Assembly (NCBI GenBank): GCA_963771175.1
Contig: CAVYSY010000033.1
Coordinates: forward strand, 160,001-224,000
Direction of reading: 5' to 3'
Length of the DNA: 64,000 bases
Source of the DNA: an uncultured delta proteobacterium
GTDB taxonomy: Bacteria > Myxococcota > Myxococcia > Myxococcales > Myxococcaceae
The first letter of the stretch is position 1; every line of letters starts with the position of its first letter. The notes under the pieces are model-generated. The model was not told the DNA's origin, did no database searches, and was given only the letters and a program-made list of their open reading frames with translations. Position numbers and translations under genes: made by a program. This document shows positions 54,730 through 64,000 of the stretch, in pieces.

Positions 54730-55404
54730 TTGAGGAACCCGCTGCTCACCCTGGCCTTCGCCCTGCTCACCACGAGCGCCATGGCCAATGACCGAGCCAC
54801 CCTCCGCTACTCCCCTCCCCCGGGCGAGGAACGTCCCATGGTGGTGGAGGCGACCGTGGGCCCGCAGGGCGGTGACTTCGCGCTGCGGCTGCGCTTCAGC
54901 AAGCTGCCCTTCGGGAAGGAGTGCGGGAACCGCTGCGCCAACGTCACCTTGCTGTTCGACACCGACGCAAGCGCCCAGTCAGGCCTGAAGCTGCCCGACA
55001 AAGCGGCCGAGAAGGGCGCGGATCTGGCCATCATCGTCCAGGGTGTGCGCGACTTCTCCGGCGAGAACGGGGAGAGCTACCTGCGCGTGAAGGTGCGGCG
55101 GCTCGGCGAGGCCCGCACCGTGGATGAAGGCGAGCTGCTCGCCGAGCTGGACCACCGACGTGACTCGGATCGCATCCACATCGAGGACAACACCGTCTTC
55201 CTGCTCATCGACGCCAGCAACAACCTGCCCTCGGGCCGCAAGGTGCGCGTCGTCTACCACCCGCCCGGGAGCAATGCCCTCGAGGCCACCCTTCCCGGCA
55301 TGCTCAGTGGGAGTGCCAGCAGCGGCAATGTGATGATCTTCCGCCGCGGAGGCTGGGGGAAGGCGCCCCAGGGCGGCAAGCGCATCGGCGCCGAGAACAA
55401 GTAG
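54730..55404 (+). CDS. Exported hypothetical protein
   Basis: GAGGAG SD then TTG; signal peptide ending AMA; GC3-rich coding pattern. Confidence 0.6.
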   Translation: MRNPLLTLAFALLTTSAMANDRATLRYSPPPGEERPMVVEATVGPQGGDFALRLRFSKLPFGKECGNRCANVTLLFDTDASAQSGLKLPDKAAEKGADLAIIVQGVRDFSGENGESYLRVKVRRLGEARTVDEGELLAELDHRRDSDRIHIEDNTVFLLIDASNNLPSGRKVRVVYHPPGSNALEATLPGMLSGSASSGNVMIFRRGGWGKAPQGGKRIGAENK

Positions 55405-55433
55405 GCACCAGCGGTCGGCCCATCGCACGCTAC

Positions 55434-55454
55434 CCAGGCCGTCTGACGGCCTGG
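55434..55454. terminator. Perfect inverted repeat downstream of the 54730..55404 gene (terminator or REP-like hairpin)
   Basis: CCAGGCCGTC-T-GACGGCCTGG, extendable by flanking CGCT/AGCG; no poly-U tail. Confidence 0.4.
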
Positions 55455-55906
55455 CGAGCGAGCCTACCGGCCATGTCAGTCCCACATGCGATATCCGCTC
55501 AATGGTTCGTCCGAGCTGCACCCGTGCCGCACGGCCTGGAAGCCCTCCACCCTACATGGGAGGACCAACAGGCCTGTCCCGGCCCCTTGCCTACCTACCC
55601 TTCAGATAGGCTCAAGCCGTTACCCCCAGTAAGCGGCCACAGTCACCCCTTGTCCCGGTCCCAACCCAGGCAAGCAAGCGTGCCAACCCCACTTCCGAGA
55701 CCTTCCCCCATGCGATTTCGTGGCCCAAATACCTGAACAGGTGTATAGCCATCTTCCCCCCGAGGCGTTGCAACCCCTCGAATTTGTTCCCTTTGACGGA
55801 GGGCCGTGGTAGTCCGCCGCCCTCACAGCATCCTGCTCCCGGAGCGCGGACTGCGCGAGCCGCGTCCCGCGTTCCATTGGGATACGGACGTTCCTGGCCT
55901 GAACAC

Positions 55907-58309
<2,403 letters not shown>

Positions 58310-58316
58310 CCGAGCG

Positions 58317-60269
<1,953 letters not shown>

Positions 60270-60372
60270 GACTCCGTCGGGGGCGGGCTCCGGGGACTCC
60301 CGGGACCGCCCCCGGTGTGTGGAGTGGGCATGGTGTGGTGCCCAGCCCCCGTGCTCGGCTAGCATCGCGGTC

Positions 60373-61842
60373 GTGCATCTGAAGACCCCCCTCGTCCTCT
60401 CGCTCGCGATCCTGTTGGGCACGACCGCAGGTCCGACCGAGGCCGCGCCTCGCCGTGGCTCGTCCGCTTCGGCGCGCAAGGCGCGCAAGGCGAAGAAGGC
60501 GCCGGTGGCCGAGCAGACCGCGCCCGCTCCGGAGACCGCGCCCGCTCCGGAGACCGCGCCCGCTCCGGAGACCGCGCCCACCCCGGCCGAGGCTCCGGAG
60601 GATGCACCGGTGGAGGCCCGAATCCAGGCCCCCATCCCGGCTCCGCCCGCCGAGCCGACCCCCGCCCCCCAGCCTCCGCAGTCCCCCCCTCCCGCGTGGG
60701 CGGGCCACGTCGCGGTGCTGGCCGTACCGGTGGATCGGGGCTCTTCCGAGTCAGCCACTCGCATCGAGACCGAGCTGCGCGACGCGCTCGGCGGCCGGGC
60801 GGACGTAAGGCTCGTGGACTTCACGAGCCTCTTCCCGCCTCCGCCTCCCATCTCCCTCAAGCAGGGCGATGCCCTCTTCGAGGCGGGCAGGAGCCTCTAC
60901 GACAACCTGGATCCGGAAGCCGCGGCGAAACAGTTCACCGAGGCGGCGGCCTTCTATGAACGCTACGCGGCGGACACGAAGCCCGAGCGACTGGGCCGCG
61001 TCTACATCTTCCTGGGCGCCTGCCGGCTGCTCAACGGGGATGTCGCCGGAGCGCAGGAGTCCTTCGGCCGCGCGCTGCTCGCCGCCCCCGGCCTCCAGCC
61101 CGAATCCGAGCTCTTCGGCCAGGAGGTGCATGACGCCTTCAACGCCGCGAAGGTAGGCCTCTCGCGCCAGCCGAAGGGCACGCTCGCCATCGACTCCGTC
61201 CCCTCCGGCGCGCAGGTGCTGCTGCACGGACAGAGCGTGGGCACCACGCCGTTGAAGGACGTGGAGTTCGCGCCCGGCCCCCATCAGGTGGTGCTCACCC
61301 TCTCCGGCTACGTCCCCTTCGGCGTCTTCCAGGACGTCGCCCCCTCTCAACGCAATACGTTGCGCCCCATGCTCGTGCCCACGCCCGGCCTGGCCTCGGT
61401 GCAGGATCTGGCCGCCAATGCGTCCTCCAAGCCGCTCGATGCCGAGCTGCTCCCCTCCGAGGTGGCCGCGCTTGGCGAGCGGCTCGGCGCGCGCTACGTG
61501 GTGCTCGCGGTGGTGAAGAAGGGGCGCGGGGACCGGGTGGAGGCCACGTTGAACGCGTGGGATGTGCAGATGAAGAATCGCCTGCTCGGGGTGGAGCTGC
61601 GGCCGGAGGAGGCCCGCGACCGCCAGGAGGCCGTGGAGAAGGTGCATGCATTCCTCACCGGAAAGCTGGTACCCACCCCCTCTCCCCTGCCCATCGCGCT
61701 GCCGGCGGTGGTGAAGAAGCCCTGGTTCTGGGCGGCAGTGGGCGGGGTGGCGGCGGCCACCACCGCGAGCATCCTGCTGGTGTCCCAGCCCAACAAGCCG
61801 CCACTGGGCGTCCGGCTGGGGAACCCCGGCGCCGGCTGGTAG
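60373..61842 (+). CDS. Exported PEGA-domain protein with TPR-like segment and C-terminal TM
   Basis: Signal-like N-terminus; Pro/Ala/Glu linker; LAIDSVPSGAQVLLHGQSVGTTP PEGA motif; KKPWFWAAVGGV TM. Confidence 0.85.
   Translation: MHLKTPLVLSLAILLGTTAGPTEAAPRRGSSASARKARKAKKAPVAEQTAPAPETAPAPETAPAPETAPTPAEAPEDAPVEARIQAPIPAPPAEPTPAPQPPQSPPPAWAGHVAVLAVPVDRGSSESATRIETELRDALGGRADVRLVDFTSLFPPPPPISLKQGDALFEAGRSLYDNLDPEAAAKQFTEAAAFYERYAADTKPERLGRVYIFLGACRLLNGDVAGAQESFGRALLAAPGLQPESELFGQEVHDAFNAAKVGLSRQPKGTLAIDSVPSGAQVLLHGQSVGTTPLKDVEFAPGPHQVVLTLSGYVPFGVFQDVAPSQRNTLRPMLVPTPGLASVQDLAANASSKPLDAELLPSEVAALGERLGARYVVLAVVKKGRGDRVEATLNAWDVQMKNRLLGVELRPEEARDRQEAVEKVHAFLTGKLVPTPSPLPIALPAVVKKPWFWAAVGGVAAATTASILLVSQPNKPPLGVRLGNPGAGW
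60515..60579 (+). repeat. 18-bp tandem repeat (about 3.6 copies) encoding TAPAPE
   Basis: AGACCGCGCCCGCTCCGG x3 plus a partial copy; in frame within the PEGA protein linker. Confidence 0.92.
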
Positions 61843-61892
61843 CGTCCATTGCGCGAATGTCCATGCGAGTCCCGCGCCTCGAGGTCCAATCC

Positions 61893-63110
61893 ATGAAAGC
61901 CCTTGCGCTCGTCCTGCTCCCCACCCTCGCGCTGGCCGCCCCGCCCGCGGCGAGCCGGCGTATCACCTCGCTCATCGTGCCCATGGATTCCGCGGCCGAG
62001 GCGAGTGGCCCCAAGCTGGAGAGCTACATGAACGAGGCCCTGGCGCAGTTCCAGGGCTACACCGTGCGCAAGGCCGAGGACCTCTTCGGCCTGCCGCCGG
62101 ATGAGGAGGCCCAGGCAGCCCTCAAGCGCGGCGAGCAGGGCTACAAGGAGAGTCTCGACGCCTTCGAGAAGAAGGACTACGAGGACGCCGAGCGCAAGGC
62201 GCGAGCCACCCTCAAGGAGCTGCAGAAGGCCGCCGCGGCGATGACGACCTCCTGCAACCCGCTGTGCGATGCCACCGCCCTGTACGCCGCGGTGATGCAC
62301 CAGCGCGGTGATGGCGAGGAGGCCAAGCTGGCGCTGTTGGACCTGATGGCGCTCGACCCCGCCTACGAGCTGGACGCCAAGCGCTACAGCCGCGAGTTCC
62401 TCGCGCTCCGGATGCAGGTGTCCACGAGCGTCAACGCGGCGCTGCGCGGCGGAGCAACGGTGAAGTCCCGTCCGGCCGGCGCGCGCGTCTACATCGACAG
62501 CGAGTTCAGGGGCTACACCCCGGTGACGGTGCCGACGCTGGCCGTGGGCAAGCACCTGCTACGCCTGGAGCGCCCCGGCTTCCGCCAGTACGGACAGTTC
62601 CTCGAGGTGAGCCCGGACGACGTGGAGGTGAGCGCCGTGCTGGAGCCCACGGAGGCCTACAAGGCGTATGACTCGAAGCTGGACGCGATGGCCACCGAGG
62701 TGTCTCGGGGCAAGGGCTCCAGCCTCGCGGTGGCCGGGTTGGGCAAGGCGCTCGGGTTGGATCGGGGCATCGTGGGCACGGTGCGCAACCAGCCGGACAG
62801 CAACACCTCCGAGCTGGTGCTGGGCCTGTTCGACCTGAAGACCGGCAACCGGATGGGCAGCAAGCGCGTGGTGCTGCAGGGCGACGAGTTCGGTCAGCTC
62901 AAGGCGGAGGTGACCCGACTGGTCAATCAGCTTCTGAACACCGCCGACGGTGGTGGGGAGAAGGTGGTGAAGTCGTCGGATCCACTGGAGAACTCCCACG
63001 GCACGGACGAGTGGAACGGAGAGGATCGCGGCGGCAAGCGGCGCACCCAGGAGAAGAAGTCCAAGGGGGGAGATCCCCTGGAGTCAGTGAACGGTACCGA
63101 AGATTGGTGA
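61893..63110 (+). CDS. Exported PEGA-domain protein
   Basis: Signal peptide; TVKSRPAGARVYIDSEFRGYTP PEGA motif; duplicated C-terminal motif DPLE...GT(D/E)(E/D)W. Confidence 0.85.
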   Translation: MKALALVLLPTLALAAPPAASRRITSLIVPMDSAAEASGPKLESYMNEALAQFQGYTVRKAEDLFGLPPDEEAQAALKRGEQGYKESLDAFEKKDYEDAERKARATLKELQKAAAAMTTSCNPLCDATALYAAVMHQRGDGEEAKLALLDLMALDPAYELDAKRYSREFLALRMQVSTSVNAALRGGATVKSRPAGARVYIDSEFRGYTPVTVPTLAVGKHLLRLERPGFRQYGQFLEVSPDDVEVSAVLEPTEAYKAYDSKLDAMATEVSRGKGSSLAVAGLGKALGLDRGIVGTVRNQPDSNTSELVLGLFDLKTGNRMGSKRVVLQGDEFGQLKAEVTRLVNQLLNTADGGGEKVVKSSDPLENSHGTDEWNGEDRGGKRRTQEKKSKGGDPLESVNGTEDW

Positions 63111-63158
63111 GTCACGGCGCTTGTGCGCCGGAAAGCGGGGCCTAGAGTCCGGAGGGAC

Positions 63159-64000
63159 ATGCGTGCCCTCCTGCTCCTGTTGCTCCCAGGCCTCGCGCTC
63201 GCACAGACGGGGCTCATCGTCCAGCCAGCCACGCCTCCGCGCGGGGTGACGCTGCCCCCCACCTCCGCCGCGTTGGTGGACGAAGCCACCGCGCTCTCCG
63301 TCAACCCCGCGGGCCTGAATTTCGTGGGGCCCCCCCAGCTCTTCTACCTGCACGAGCGCAACCTCGCGCGCGACCAGGTGGGCGATGGGCTCTACCTCGG
63401 CACCCGCCTGCTGGATGGCCTGAGTGCGGGCTTCAGCCTGGAGTGGCTGCGCGGGCAGGGTCTGCCGGACTACCGGAAGACATCCTTCGGACTGGCGCTC
63501 GGCTCGCGGAAGCTGTCGCTCGGCGTGGGGTTCCACGGTTTCTCCTCGGACAACGCCGAGCTGGACCGGCTCAACGGCATCGACCTGGGCCTCACGGTGC
63601 GGCCCGCGCGCTTCCTCTCCGTGGGCGCGGTAATCAAGGACGTGAACGCGCCTGAGGAGGGGGCGTTCTCCCTGCCCCGGAGCTACAACCTCGCCGTGGG
63701 CGTGCGCCCCTTCGGCGAGCGCCTGACGCTGGGCGCGGACTACACCGCCACCGAGGGCCACTGGGACGACGGGCGCCTCACCTACACGGTGCAGGCCACC
63801 GTCCTCCCCGGCCTGGGGCTGGGCGCCGGCCTCTCGCATGGACTCGGGAGCGAGCGCGAGCTGGCGCTCCAGTTCGCCGCCACCCTGGACAGCTCGCGCT
63901 TCGGCATCACCTACGCGGGAGGCGGCGCCGAGGACGGCGGGCTCGACCACGTGGTGGCGGTGCGCCTCTCCAGCCAGAAGTACCCTTCCCTGCGCCTCGG
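63159..64000 (+). CDS. N-terminal beta-barrel-like domain of a probable myxobacterial SppA (S49 signal peptide peptidase); runs off the window edge
   Basis: Manual translation MRALLLLLLPGLALAQ...ATALSVNPAGL..., then alternating amphipathic strands; GGAGG SD. The S49 domain lies outside the window, so the sppA identity is recalled, not seen. Confidence 0.55.
   Translation, partial: MRALLLLLLPGLALAQTGLIVQPATPPRGVTLPPTSAALVDEATALSVNPAGLNFVGPPQLFYLHERNLARDQVGDGLYLGTRLLDGLSAGFSLEWLRGQGLPDYRKTSFGLALGSRKLSLGVGFHGFSSDNAELDRLNGIDLGLTVRPARFLSVGAVIKDVNAPEEGAFSLPRSYNLAVGVRPFGERLTLGADYTATEGHWDDGRLTYTVQATVLPGLGLGAGLSHGLGSERELALQFAATLDSSRFGITYAGGGAEDGGLDHVVAVRLSSQKYPSLRL

Noticed and set aside
55440..55640. 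6S RNA or another known Rfam RNA
   Set aside because: Only superficial resemblance; arm spacing and gene context (no zapA/ygfA) do not fit. Kept only as an unassigned candidate.
55670..55685. Minus-strand sigma-54 promoter as a firm feature
   Set aside because: GG-to-GC spacing is 11 rather than the required 10 in the given sequence.
60515..60579. CRISPR-like repeat
   Set aside because: Contiguous in-frame coding repeat with no spacers and no cas genes.

Overview
High-GC (roughly 70%) chromosomal segment from a myxobacterium, most likely Cystobacterineae/Archangiaceae, judged from gene content (TIGR02266-type PilZ protein, FHA and sigma-54 regulators, PEGA proteins, myxobacterial-type T2SS). 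From left to right: the 5' part of a zinc alcohol dehydrogenase; an arsR-acr3-arsC arsenic operon; a two-gene unit of a lipoprotein PhoX-family phosphatase with a collagen-like stalk plus an uncharacterised membrane-anchored di-heme c protein; PilZ/DUF192/HEXXH-TPR/thrB/cNMP/FHA genes; a metal-homeostasis block (mbnP-mbnH converging on a Cys-rich ORF, a czcCBA-like RND system and a truncated CorE-like ECF sigma); an NtrC-family regulator followed by a perfect sigma-54 promoter and a complete gspC-N type II secretion operon; a secreted polysaccharide deacetylase; an FHA/sigma-54 activator plus ECF sigma; S46 and M50 peptidases; a type IIA topoisomerase pair in A-then-B order; two PEGA proteins; and the start of a barrel-domain SppA-like gene. 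Dozens of +1 frameshifts fall mainly in highly conserved genes, and many of them look like both synonymous wobble bases written side by side (e.g. TCG/TCC written as TCGC). This points to a mixed-strain consensus artifact rather than real pseudogenes. I saw no rRNA, tRNA, CRISPR array or transposase. The best candidate for an undescribed system is the PhoX plus di-heme protein pair. All family calls come from motif recognition, not from database searches.
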